64,000 bases of DNA from Azolla caroliniana (Eukaryota > Plantae > Polypodiophyta): positions 11,036,001 through 11,100,000 of the forward strand of contig JBHGNT010000020.1 in assembly GCA_043228905.1 (NCBI GenBank), read 5' to 3'. The notes below the pieces were generated by a model. The model saw only the letters and a list, made by a program, of their open reading frames with translations. It made no database searches and was not told the DNA's origin. A program made the position numbers and the translations under genes. Below, in pieces: positions 1 through 12,348 of this stretch. Every line of letters begins with the position of its first letter. Position 1 is the stretch's first letter.

Positions 1-23
1 AGGCTGGTACTAGGATAAAATGT

Positions 24-2573
24 TTGAGATCTGATGGAGGAGGAGAGTATTTCTCCAATGAATTTTCTGATTTTTTGTGTAATCAGGGAATAAGAAGACA
101 GTTCACATGCCGATATACTCCACAGCAAAATGGAGTTGCTGAGAGGAAAAACAGAACTTTGGTGAACATAGCAAGGGCAATGATGACTGAGAAGAACATG
201 CCATTATACTATTGGGCAGAAGCTGTAAATACAGCAAATTACATTTTAAATAGATGTATTACATCATGAGTACATGAGGCAACTCCTGAAGAGTGTTTTT
301 ATGGCAGGAAGCCTAGCTTACAACACTTGAAAGTGTTTGGATGCCTTGCATATGTACATGTGCCTGCAGAAGTAAGAAGTAAGTTGGATCCAAAGGCAGA
401 AAAATGTATCTTTGTTGGATATTCAGAAGAACAAAAAGGGTACAGATGTTATAACCCTGTGACTAAAAAGATTGTGACAAGTCGAGATGTGATATTTGAT
501 GAGTTGGCTAGTTGGTATAGCCCAAAACAGAATCTAGAGACTGATGAAGACTGTCAAAATGAAGACAAAGACAGATCAGAAAATGTAGAAGACTGTCACA
601 GAGATGGAAGCAAGGTTGGACAGCAAAGTCCAACATCAACAGAATGTTCTGGACCATCAAAAAGCTCAGATGGTAAATCTGATTCAAATTCATGGAGTGG
701 AAAAACTGGACAGAAAAAATCCGATGACAAAAAAGGAAAACAGAAAATGCCAGAGTATGAAATCCCGGATGACCTATCAAAAAACATGGAAGATGAAGAT
801 TCAGATATGTCTTTGGATGATTTCCTTGGAATACAGGAAATGAAAATCCCTGGTATGGAAAAGGCAATAAAGAATGCAAATCAGAAACTGAGAAGATCAG
901 ATAGAGAGAAAAAGACTGTGGAAAGATTTGGGTATGATACATACATGGCTATGCATTATGCATACATGTCTAAGGTGGTACAGATCCCTGACCCAAACAG
1001 CTTCGAAGAAGCAAAATCTGAGAAGAAATGGATGGATGCAATGCAAGAAGAGATTGATGCATTGGCTGAGAACAAAACGTGGGATTTAGTGAAGTTACCA
1101 AAAGAGAAAAATGTGGTAGGCTGCAAATGGGTCTACAAGACAAAGCATGACTCCAATGGGAATGTAAGTAGACATAAAGCAAGATTGGTTGCAAAAGGAT
1201 ATGCTCAGATGCAAGGGATTGATTATGATGAGACTTTTGCACCGGTTGCAAAGATGGCAACCTTGAGAACACTACTTGCTGTAGGAGCAGCCAGAAAATG
1301 GATTTTGCATCACATGGATGTAAAAAATGCTTTTTTACATGGTAACTTGGAAGAAGAAGTGTATATGAGTCAACCACCAGGTTTTGAAGATAAGAAACAA
1401 CCTGATTATGTATGTAAGCTGAAAAAAGCTCTCTATGGACTGAAACAAGCACCAAGAGCATGGCACAGAGAACTTTCAGATTCTCTGAAAAATCTTGGTT
1501 TCAAAATGTCAAAAGCTGATCCTTCTTTGTATGTAAAAAGTGAAAATGATTGCATTGTTATTATTCTGATTTATGTAGATGATTTGATTATTGGAGGAGA
1601 TTCCGTGGATGAAATAAGAAAGTTGAAAAAAAATCTGGAAATGCAGTTTCATATGAAAGATTTGGGAGATCTGAGATATTTTCTTGGTATTGAAATCATC
1701 AGATCTGAAAGTGGTATATGTATGTTGCAAAAACAGTATGCAACAACTATGTTGAAAAAGTATGGTATGCTTGGATGCAAACCTATTGTTGTACCACTTG
1801 ATAAAAACTGCAAGTTGAGGGCTGATTTGGGAGCCAAAATAGAAGATGTAAACATGTACAGGTCTATGGTGGGCAGCCTTATTTATTTGACCATAACAAG
1901 ACCTGATTTGAGTTATGCAGTTGGATTAGTCAGCCAATTTATGCAACAACCAACAAAGCCGCATTTGGACTGCATTAGAAGAATTCTGAGGTATGTAAAA
2001 GCTACTCAGAACTATGGATTGTTTTACAGGGCTGATTTGGACATAAATCTGGAAGGATATACAGATGCTGATTGGGCTGGAAGCCAAACAGACAGGAGAT
2101 CCACAAGTGGATATATCTTTACATTGGGAAGTGCAGGTATTTCATGGAGTAGCAAGAAACAGGCTACTGTTGCATTGTCTAGTACTGAAGCTGAGTACAG
2201 AGGAGCTGCCATAGCCACTTGTGAAGAGGTATGGATTAGAAGATTGCTTGCTGATTTGGGAGAGTATATAGACGGTACTGTCACAATCTGGTGTGACAAC
2301 ATGAGCAGCATTCAACTTGCAAAGAACCCTGTGTTCCATGCAAGAACAAAGCACATTGAAGTGCATTATCACTTTGTTAGAGAAAAAGTGATTGAAGGAG
2401 AAGTTGATCTGGTGTATGTGAATACAAATCAGCAGGTTGCTGATATTCTCACAAAGGGATTGAGTGTGGAAAAGCATACACAGTTTCGGAACATGATGGG
2501 AGTTGTAGATATTGATATGATGGCTGAAAAGCATCATGAAAAAGAAGTTGTAGATAACCCCAAGAAAGGATAA
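24..2573 (+). pseudogene. copia pol (IN-RT-RH) with one in-frame TGA at 267-269
   Basis: ORFs 24..269 and 327..2573 are in the same frame and separated by a single stop. Confidence 0.9.
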
Positions 2574-2591
2574 GTTGCGCTTGAGGGGGAG

Positions 2592-2944
2592 TGTTGAGAA
2601 GCAAGCTCAACATGGTATGCAATGCTTATTGGGAAATAAGCTATAGTAGCTATTTAGCTACTAGTGAACAAAAAGGTAAAACAGCTATTTAGCTAGTGAC
2701 AGCTAATTAGCTAGTGAACAGCTATTTAGCGACTGACAGCTAATTAGCTACTGGCAGCTAATTAGCTGCATGTGTAATAACTTATGACTTAGGTAAAAGT
2801 AAGTGAGAGTGAATAGGTAGTAAGTAGTAAGAAAAAAACAGAGAATAGTGAGTAGAGAACTCTGAGAGAGAGTGAGAGACCAGAAGACTGACGAGAGCAA
2901 GTTGAGCTCTACATGTAATAGAAGAAAACCATTTTGCTACTACA
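2592..2944 (+). repeat. 3' LTR of copia A, with an internal array of (C)AGCTA(A/T)TTAGCT palindromes at ~2640-2770
   Basis: TG start immediately after the PPT; about six copies of agctaattagct/agctatttagct. Confidence 0.75.
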
Positions 2945-3049
2945 GAGGTAAGTCCCCTTTCCTTTCTCTGTCTGTTTAGAGCACGCTAACGATCCAGCAC
3001 ACTACGATCCGCCGCGCACATAAGAAGAGCCCGAGTGCCTTCTTCACGT

Positions 3050-3645
3050 TTTCTTAACACATATAACTCCCCTCGGCCGGCCACTATCTTTCCCACACAT
3101 CCGTATCGGCAGACGACCTCTTCGAGCAGAAATTTGCATACAGCTGTCGTCGTCTTATTTGCTAAGGCTCGTCCTTCTACTTGGTTTGTCATGTATTCCC
3201 TCGATAGTACCAAATACTTCATCTGCCCCACTCCCATTGGCATCGAGATCAGATCCACCATCCATTTAAAGTGTATGGTGAGTGGGTACGTTGGCCGCAA
3301 CTCATCACGGTGACGTATGTTCGAATGTACTTGGCAGCTTTCGCATGTGGACATGAAACGTAGTACATCTTTATACATGCTCGGCCACTAGTACTTCTCC
3401 TTTAGCTTTTCAAATGTTGCCCATATTCCTCTATGACCTGCCCATGGATTCTCGTGGAATTCGGACATCAACGTTGTTTGGTCCTCTTTCTTCACCACTA
3501 CTCGTCAGGGTATCCCTGCCCTTCTCTTTGGGTGCCGCCAGAGGAATCCTCCCTTCAGAAAGGACTGGTAAGCTTTCTTTCATATTTGTAGAGCCTCCTC
3601 CTTCGTCCATGAAGCATCCGCTATCATTGTTCTCAAGAATCTACA
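3050..3645 (-). pseudogene. Ty3/gypsy integrase fragment (HHCC zinc finger plus start of the catalytic core)
   Basis: Minus-strand translation ...SEFHENPWAGHRGIWATFEKLKEKY*WPSMYKDVLRFMSTCESCQ...WMVDL...VCRYGC, with internal stops. Confidence 0.85.
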
Positions 3646-3649
3646 GATT

Positions 3650-5658
3650 AGTGAAAATTGCGTGGAACGAGGAAAAACGAGAAGGTCCAATGTGCACAGG
3701 TATGAAAGGAGTGATGATTACACATGTATGTTAGCACGTTAATGTGCACGTGTGATGTGTGTTTAGGTGTTCATTACACAAAATATAAAAAGAAATAAGT
3801 CTAGGGTCTAGTGGCATACAACGAGGTGCAAGGTTTTGAACCTTAAAGTTTATTTTCTTCATTGTACTCTTCACACGTCACTGCTCATACATGAGAGCTT
3901 GAATGAGGGACATGGTCATCATGCATCGCATGTGATGCATGAGCACCAAATGACAATCATGCACCCTCACATGCATCATATGCATGGGGGCATCTGTGTA
4001 AGAAGGAAAGGAAGGGAAAGGAAATCAAGCAATGTATGGAATCAATAATAACAATAATAAATCTTAGTTATCTCATTGGCAATGTGTTTTGTCCCTCAAT
4101 TTTGAAGTCAAAGGTTCAAACCAGGAATTGGAATTCTCCGATGTATCTATCTATCTACCAATCAATCTTTAATACTTTCTCAGTGCTAGTCTTCCCAATC
4201 CAGAACGGTTCCGCTTCATTGTCTTGAACGATCCTTTCGATCCTCCATCACCACTTGCAGGTAGAGGCCGGTGCTTGTTTGCGCATGTGTAACATGCACA
4301 TTGCGACATTTGGCACATGTGTCACGTGCTTTGCGACATCTTTGTGGTACGGTAAATATTTTCTCAATATCACACACACTCTCTCTCAATCAACCCACAC
4401 AAGCATCCTCGACAACAAGAACGACATGATTGTAAACCTAAAAGACGATCGATTCCTTACAAGCACAAGTCACCCGATTCATCCCCGTTCGACCGACCCG
4501 CAGGCGCGGATTTCCGCGACAACGATCAAAGAACATTGTCTTCTGTGGGATTAAAGAGGAGAGTATGGAAACACACGCATCCCTCGGAAAAGCCATTGAT
4601 GAATTTTTTAGTATGCATTATGGGATGTCGGATGTGAATGTATATGGGGCACACCGAGTTGGGAAACATGGTGTTACTCGCTCCGGAGAAAGGCCTAGTG
4701 TATGCACAATCACAAATGATACAAAGCAACGGATCATACCCGAAAATATTTGGGTATACCTCAATGGTACGCAATGCTTTGTGAGTGAAGATTGTACTAT
4801 CTCACAACAAAATGCTCGTCGTAAAGCATATGAAGAAAGATTGAAAAATAAGGTTAAGGACGTGCCTAAAGATGGAAATCTAGGCAAATAGGGACACGTT
4901 GTCGTGAAGATTTTCAGTAACGGTGTGAAAATCGCGTGGAACGAGGGAAATCGAGAAGATGCAATATGCACACGTATGAAAGTAGTGATGGTAGACGTGT
5001 ATGTTAACACATGAATGTGCACGTGTAATGTGTGTTTAGGTGTTCATTACACAAATATATAAAATAAGCCTAACGCATACAATGAGGTGCAAGTAAAGGT
5101 TTGAACCTTACACCTCTAAGATAGGAGACAATTGACATACCATTAGACTAGGTTATTTCCTTTAAAAGTTGTTTTCTTCACTGTACTTTCCACACGAACT
5201 GTTGGTACATGAGAGCTTGGATGAGGTACATGGTCATCATGCATTGCATGTGATGCATGAGCTCCAAATGGCAATCATGCATTGTATGCATGTACTACAC
5301 ACTCACATGCACATATGCATGGGGGCATCTATATAAGAAGGAGAGGAAGGGAAAGGAAATCAAGTAATGTATGCAATCAATAGTAATGAATAAACCTTAG
5401 TTATCTCATTGGCAATGTGTCTTGTATCTCAACTTTGAAGTCAAAAGTTCAAACCGGGAATTTGTCCCGTCCGTATCTATCTATCAATCTATCTTTAATA
5501 CTTCTTGCATGCGCTAGTCCTTCCGATGTTCCATTGTCTTGAACGATCCTTTTGATCCTCCATCACCACTTGCGGATAGAGGTCGTGTAACGCGCACATC
5601 ACAACGTTTGGCACATGTGTCACATGCTTCATGACATATTTGTGGTGAGGTAAATAAA

Positions 5659-5708
<50 letters not shown>

Positions 5709-5866
5709 GTCAACCCACACAGGCATCTTCGACAACAAGAACGACCCGATTGTAAACCTAAACAACAATCGATTCCTTACAAGCACAAGTCACCTGATCC
5801 ATCCTCCTTGGTCAAAGACCCCGGTGGTCTTGTTCGACTGATCCGCAAGCGCGGATTTCTGCGACA
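3650..5866 (+). repeat. Diverged ~0.9-kb direct duplication (about 3650-4520 and 4925-5866) flanking a LINE ORF1 fragment
   Basis: Collinear blocks: gtgaaaat(t/c)gcgtggaacgag (3651, 4925), catggtcatcatgca, ggaagggaaaggaaatcaag, gaacgatcctt..gatcctccatcaccacttgc, gcgcggatt..cgcgacaa. Confidence 0.85.
4520..4891 (+). pseudogene. Non-LTR retrotransposon ORF1 fragment (RRM/CTD type)
   Basis: RSKNIVFCGIKEE...AHRVGK...RPSVC...LNGTQCFVSEDCTISQQNARR matches the NI..GI.E / HR.G / RP / L.GT..F.SED.T pattern of LINE ORF1p. Confidence 0.7.
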
Positions 5867-5868
5867 AT

Positions 5869-6660
5869 GTGACCTATGAGACTAACCCACGCCTTTTACG
5901 ACTATGCTTTTGGAATTGCAATGGATACCCATGGAATGCGGGATTTGGCATAAAGGAGTTCACTGATGATTTGGATATCACACTTCTTGTTGAAACATGG
6001 GAGCATGATACTCAAAGGATTCAACGTTTAGGAAACTATAATGTACACTCTTTGATATGGAAGAAAAATCCAAGGTAAAGAAGAGGACAAGGAGGGGTGG
6101 CATGTTTCATTAAGAAGGAAATAGAGAAATATGTGTCAATCATAAATGCTACATATGGCTCAAAATAGAAACACCTAATGATTTGCCCACTTTTCTAGTT
6201 GGATGTTACAATCCTCATCAAAATTCTAACTTTTATCCTTGTTTGGATAAAGATCAACCTTTTGCTAATCTAGAAGATGATATTGCTTATTTCAAATCCA
6301 AAGGGGACGTTATTGTCTTTGGTGACATGAATGCTTGTACAAGAAGTTTCCAACTTGATTCACAAGAATCTTTCATGCCACATATCTCAAGGATGCAAGA
6401 GGATATGCAAATGTATAACCGCTCTTCTAGTGATGAAAAAGATCCTAACCAATTTGAGAAGTTACTCCTACAAATGTGCAATAGTACCGGATTGCTTATT
6501 GCAAATGGTATTTCCTTATGGCCCAACACTAATGGTTTTACATGTAGAAAACACAACGGAAATAGTGTGATTGATTATGTGCTACTTTCCGAAGTTATTT
6601 TCGATTGTATACATAAAATCTCACTTGGTGAATGGACACCATAATCTGATCATATTCTGT
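5869..6660 (+). pseudogene. LINE apurinic/apyrimidinic endonuclease domain (ORF2 N-terminus), disrupted
   Basis: CFWNCNG, LVETW, GGVA, VFGDMNA, FTC..NGNSVIDY and SDH motifs; stop and frameshift near 6078-6180. Confidence 0.88.
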
Positions 6661-6683
6661 ATGTCCTTACCGGGTATTAGGGT

Positions 6684-9600
6684 TGTTGAGAGACAAGCTC
6701 AACATCGACCGGATCGGTTGAAGAAGCCGAGGACCGGATTGGTTGGGACCGATCGGTTAGGTCGAGTGCATAAACCGGGAGGTCGTTAGGAAAGATATTC
6801 CGTGAGGAATATATTTGGGAGTTAGTGTAGGAGCTCTTGATGAGCATTGAAGTACTGTCAGTACTTCGGTCAGTCCGTCTAGGACTTGTATAAAAGTGCT
6901 CTCTGAGCACGTCTTATGTACAGATTGAGTATTATTGTTGAATATAGTTTTTTGTGTTTCTCTCTCTGTCTCTCCTGCGTATACCGTGTAAGCCCAAGCT
7001 CTCCATTGAACCTGAGTTTCCTTCCTTTTGTTCGGTCTTCATACTTGCTTCCGCACGTTACTTTCTACATGGTATCAGAGCGCGAGGGTTGAGAACCTCT
7101 CTACAGCCGACACAGCTTGACGAAGAAGAACGAGAAGAACGATGGATAGAGGCATGGCGAGCTCGCTTCCAACAGAGAAGCTCGACAGAACCAACTACGC
7201 GTCTTGGTCCTACAAGATGCACCAGTACCTGCTCGGGCACGGCTACTGGAGTTATGTCGAAGGAGCTAATGACGCGGCACCCGAATCGACACACAGAGAC
7301 TTCCCGTCGTGGGAGCAATCGGCGAGCAGGGTATTGTACTGCTTCGCATCGTGTGTGGGCGAACAACTATTGAGCTATGTTCGGGATGCAAAGACGCCGA
7401 AGGGTGCGTGGGAAAATCTGAAGAAGATTTTCGCCGCGAGCACCACAGCCAGGAAGCTTCAGCTCCGACAGGAGTTGAGCAACCTACGACAACGTGACTT
7501 GTCGGTGGCGGACTATACCTCGAAGATCAAGGATATCTGCGACTCCCTCGCCTCCATAGAGGTGAACATCGAGAAGAGCGAGATGGTCCAGATTTGTCTC
7601 GGAGGTTTGGCGTCGAAGTTCGGAGCGTTCCGAACGGATGTGTGTACCCGGGAGAATATGCCGTCCTTTTTCGACTTACAGTCGATGCCCCTGGTAGAGG
7701 AGAACCACGCGGGTGTGTCTACAAGCACGCACACCGACAACAGAATGCTGTACACGGAGGGAGATAGGCCCCGTGGACGTGGAGGACAAGGAGAGTCGGC
7801 ACGCAATGGAGGCGGCCGACGAGATCAAGGAAGAAGGCACCGAAGTGATGCCGACAGCAACTCCGGACCCTTCGGAAACAGGGGGAGTCGAAGCGATGAG
7901 AACCGGCAAGGGAAGGCCATCGCGGAGTGCTGGTACTGTGGCAAGAAAGGCCACAAGGAAAGTGAGTGCTGGAAGAAGCGCGCCGATTCGGAGAGAACTG
8001 GTTCCGGGAACGGCTCCAGACATACCGACAAGGGAAATCGGCAGCGATCACACTACGCCCAAGACTCTGGGAGAGCCGGAGAAGGGACTGCCTTCGTGAC
8101 GAGACACGAAGCAAACTCAATGAAACAGAGCACCCCGAGATCGGACGAGGTGTGGTACGTAGACTCCGACGCATCAAACCACATGAAAGAGCCATAAGGA
8201 GTGGTTCTCGTACCTTGAAAAACCGATACAACCTGGAGTAGTCGCAACAGGAGACGACACTCCGCATCCGATCGCGAATGTCGGAGAAGTTCCCCTTAGC
8301 CATGTCAGGCAGAAAGGGAAACTCATGAACGTGTTGCACGTCCTGACAATCACGAAAAACTTGGTCTCGGTCGGACAGATCATCGACCAAGGGATGGAGG
8401 TTCGGTTTACACACCTCGGGTGCTTCATTGAGGAAGAAGGCCGTGTGATTGCGCAAGGGCGCAGAGACGGGAGGATGTTCATCCTCGACTCCACTGACGG
8501 CGGCACTGCAATGTTCGCGAAGGGACAAAAGACCGAGTCGGACATCGACTTGTGGCACAAGCGGATAGGCCACGTCAACCACCAACGGCTTCAAGATCTG
8601 CAATCGAAACAGGTAGTGTTCGGATTGCCCAAATTTAGTGGCCGAAAGGCACAAATTTGTGAAGCCTGCCAGCTCGGGAAGCAACACCGACTTCCTTTCC
8701 CAAACGAGCGAAACCGGAGCCGGAACAAGCTCGACCTTATACACTCCGATGTATGGAGGCTGGCACAAAACGTTAGTCTTGGCGGGAGCCGATATTTCAT
8801 CTCCTTCATCGACGACCACACGCGGCACACGTGGATCTACCTCATTGAGAGGAAGAGCGAAGTCTTCGACTGTTTCCGGGAACTCAAAGGGTTCGTGGAA
8901 GCCGAAACAGGACGAAAGATCAAGTGTCTGCGGTCGGATGGCGGAAAAGAGTACTTTTCCGGTCAATTCAACGGTTACCTACAACAAATGGGAATTCGCC
9001 ACGAATTCATTTGTAGATACAAGCCGGAACAGAACGGCGTGGCCGAGAGGAAGAATCGGTCAGTTGTGGAAGCGGCACAGGCAATGCTGGAGGAGAAGAG
9101 CTTGCCCAAGTTCTACTGGGCCGAAGCGGTAAGGACCGCGGTATACATCCAGAACCGGATCGGAGACAAAGTGTCAGCGCACGAGCTATATTTCGGAACG
9201 AAGCCGAACTTGCGACACTTGAGGGTGTTCGGTAGCATTGCGTATGTGCATGTACCGAAGGAGAAGAGGAGGAAGCTGGACGCAAAGGCCGAGAAGTGCA
9301 TCTTGGTCGGTTACTCGGACGAGCAGAAGGGTTATAAGTGCTATAACCCTCGCACTAAACAAGCGCGTGTCAGCTGCGACGTTGTGTTTGACGAGTCCGC
9401 GTCCTGGTACCTGCCCCCGACTCGGAACCCCGACTCCAATACGAGCTCTGACGATGAGGTCAGCGAGGCCGAGATGCCTCCGGATGAGCCCGAAATTGAG
9501 ACCCGCGAAGAGTGTCCGATTTCACTCCGGTTAAGTGGACCGATTAGACGATTGAGTCGGTACGACCAGTTCGATGAAGAGCTGGCGAGTAGTGGAGACT

Positions 9601-12343
9601 CGGCCGTGCATTCCCCGTGCAGAAAGCCGAGGAAACGGCTTACGCGCAAAGAGAAAGGGAAGAAGAAGGTGTCGGATACCGGCACGGATAAGAACGAGTC
9701 AGACCGACGCGAGTCCGACTCCGAGGGAACCGGTGACGGGTCTTTAAAGGTGAAGGCCGCGTCGACCGAGAAGGCCTCGACATCGGCTAATGTGAGATTA
9801 CGCCGATCTACCCGCCAGAAGAACCCAGTTGTGCGGTTCGGATACAACGAGTACATGGCGCATCATTATGCGTACATGACCCGTGTAGCGGAAGTGCGTG
9901 AGCCGGAGAGCTACGCAGAAGCGGCTAAAGACGCGAATTGGCATGCCGCGATGGAGGAAGAGATGCACGCATTGGCGGAGAACGAGACCTGGGACCTGGT
10001 TGACGCACCGAAGGAGGTAAAACCGATCGGGTGTAGGTGGGTGTACAAGGTCAAGTACAACACCGATGGCTCGGTCAACCGGTACAAGGCTCGGTTAGTG
10101 GCAAAGGGCTACGCGCAGAAACACGTCATCGACTACGATGAGACGTTTGTGCCGGTCGCGAAAATGATGACCGTCCGTGTTTTGCTCGCAGTAGCCGCGG
10201 GCAAGGGGTGGCACCTACATCAGATGGATGTAAAGAATGCGTTCCTGCAAGGTGACCTTGAGGAACAAGTGTACATGGTACAGCCCCCCGGATTTCACTC
10301 CAGAACGAACTCATCGGCAGTATGCCGACTGAAGAAATCCCTTTACGGACTGAAGCAAGCCCCGCGTGCCTGGAACGCAAAGATCACGCAACAACTGCGT
10401 CGGATGGGCTTCGTCACGTCAAAATCGGACTCTTCCCTATTCATTCGGAAAGGTCGACTCGGCCCGGTTAGTATTCTACTATATGTCGATGACTTGGTCA
10501 TCACCAGCGCCGACCTAGGTGAAATCGACCGCATGAAGCTCCAGCTTGCGGCATCGTTCGACATGAAGGATCTGGGAGACCTTCATTACTTCCTCAGGAT
10601 CGAAGTGATCCGTACCCCTGAAGGCATATTGATCAGCCAATGTCATTACGTGCTGAGTATGCTCTTCAAATTCGGGATGACCGACTGTAAGTCCATCTCG
10701 ACTCCTCTGGACAGAACCGTCAAGCTTCGTCCCGATACGGGAAAGGTATGCGACCCGACGAGATTCCGACAAATTGTCGGAAGCCTCATATACTTGACCA
10801 TCACCCAACCCGACCTCAGTTATCCGGTCGGGGTGATCAGTCAGTTCATGGCGCGACCTACCGAGGAGCACCTTCAATGTGCGCAACGCATACTTCGGTA
10901 TGTCAACGGCACTAAGGACCGGGGACTGCTATATCGGACCGGTGCAGCCGCGCAGTTAGTCGGCTACACTGATGCTGATTGGGCTGGCAACGCCGCCGAT
11001 CGCCGATCCACATCTTGATACGCGTTCTCCCTCGGGAGTGCCGCGATCGCGTGGAGCAGTAAGAAGCAGCGGACAGTTGCACTGTCGAGCACCGAAGCTG
11101 AATACCGAGGAGCGGCTGTTGCGACATGCGAAGCCATATGGTTGAAGCGGCTACTTAAGGACCTGCAAGAGGAGGTGACCGATCCAACGACGATCTACTG
11201 CGACAACCTCAACAGCATCCAACTCGTGAAGAACCCCGTCTTCCATGCACGGACCAAGCACATTGAGGTGCACTACAATTTCGTCCGTGAGCGTGTCCTT
11301 TCCGGTGAAGTCGAACTTCAGTACGTTCCGACGGATCGGCAGGCTGCTGACATCTTCACCAAGCCTCTTGGTCTAGACAAGTTGCGGCAATTCTCAGGTG
11401 CGCTCGGGTTGCGTCACCTTGACGTGCCGAACTTGAGGGGGAGAACAGTCCCGAACGACCAAGCAAGGCAGCAGGAAAGGAGCGGACACCGCGACACCGA
11501 GTCGGTTGACAAGTTCGACATCGGATCGGCTGAAGAAGCCGAGGGCAGACCTGCGGAAAAGTTCGGAAGCGGACAGAAGGGGAGCAACCAAAGGAGAGAG
11601 CCGAAGCCAACCACGCATGAGGAGGATGACGCCATTGAGGGCAAGAAGACCGAAGACGAGTTGGAGACAGCCAACTCGGACGAGAGCGAAGACCGATCGG
11701 AGGTAGCTGAGTCGGTTCGGATGTTTGATTCAGACACGCTGAATCAACCGAGGCCGAAGCGGAAGAAAAGGCAGCAGAAGAAGCATCAACACCCCAACAA
11801 CAGAAGAGCTGATGAGGGCCACATGAGCAGACAAGCCGACCGGAAGGGTTGAAGCGCGCGGAGTCGAACACGTCGAGGAGCGCAAGCGAGGCGAGAAGCC
11901 AGGAGGAACCGGTGCTGTGAAGATCCCGAAGAGCCTCAAGTTGAGCTTGAGGGGGAGTGTTGAGAGACAAGCTCAACATCGACCGGATCGGCTGAAGAAG
12001 CCGAGGACCGGATCGGTTGGGACCGATCGGTTAGGTTGAGTGCATAAACCGGGAGGTCGTTAGGAAAGATATTCCGTGAGGAATATATTTGGGAGTTAGT
12101 GTAGGAGCTCTTGATGAGCATTGAAGTACTGTCAGTACTTCGGTTAGTCCTTCTAGGACTTGTATAAAAGTGCTCTCTGAGCACGTCTTATGTACAGATT
12201 GAGTATTATTGTTGAATATAGTTTTTTGTGTTTCTCTCTCTGTCTCTCCTGCGTATACTGTGTAAGCCCAAGCTCTCCATTGAACCTGAGTTTCCTTCCT
12301 TCTGTTCGGTCTTCATACTTGCTTCCGCACGTTACTTTCTACA
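6684..12343 (+). mobile_element. Complete Ty1/copia element B with 386-bp LTRs and AGGGT TSD
   Basis: LTRs 6684-7069 and 11958-12343 (TG..CA, about 7 substitutions). PBS TGGTATCAGAGC (tRNA-iMet) at 7070-7081; PPT 11946-11957; AGGGT at 6679-6683 and 12344-12348. Confidence 0.97.
7142..11852 (+). pseudogene. copia B gag-pol with a +1 frameshift near 8185, a nonsense codon at 11016-11018 and a charged C-terminal extension
   Basis: Gag with CWYCGKKGHKESEC knuckle, protease WYVDSDASNHM, integrase, RT YVDD, RNase H; ~140 extra acidic/basic residues after ...DVPNLRG. Confidence 0.93.
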
Positions 12344-12348
12344 AGGGT

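Larger units (their letters stand above)
1..2944 (+). mobile_element. Ty1/copia LTR retrotransposon A (5' part outside window): integrase-RT-RNase H, PPT and 3' LTR
   Basis: Integrase (RSDGGGEY, QQNGVAERKNR), RT (KARLVAKG, MDVKNAFL, YVDD) and RNase H (DADWAG, EAEY, RTKHIEVHYHF) in copia order. PPT CTTGAGGGGGAG at 2580-2591, followed by TGTTGAG at 2592. The LTR end at ~2944 (..CTACTACA) is inferred by analogy with related LTRs. Confidence 0.93.

Noticed and set aside
8180-8200. Programmed gag-pol frameshift in copia B
   Set aside because: The shift falls just after the protease active-site motif, and relative C reads through (NHMTSHQEW); it is a 1-bp insertion.
7719-8966. Long antisense and alternate-frame ORFs over copia B, D and E (for example 415 aa)
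   Set aside because: These are shadows of GC-rich coding sequence with no independent motifs.
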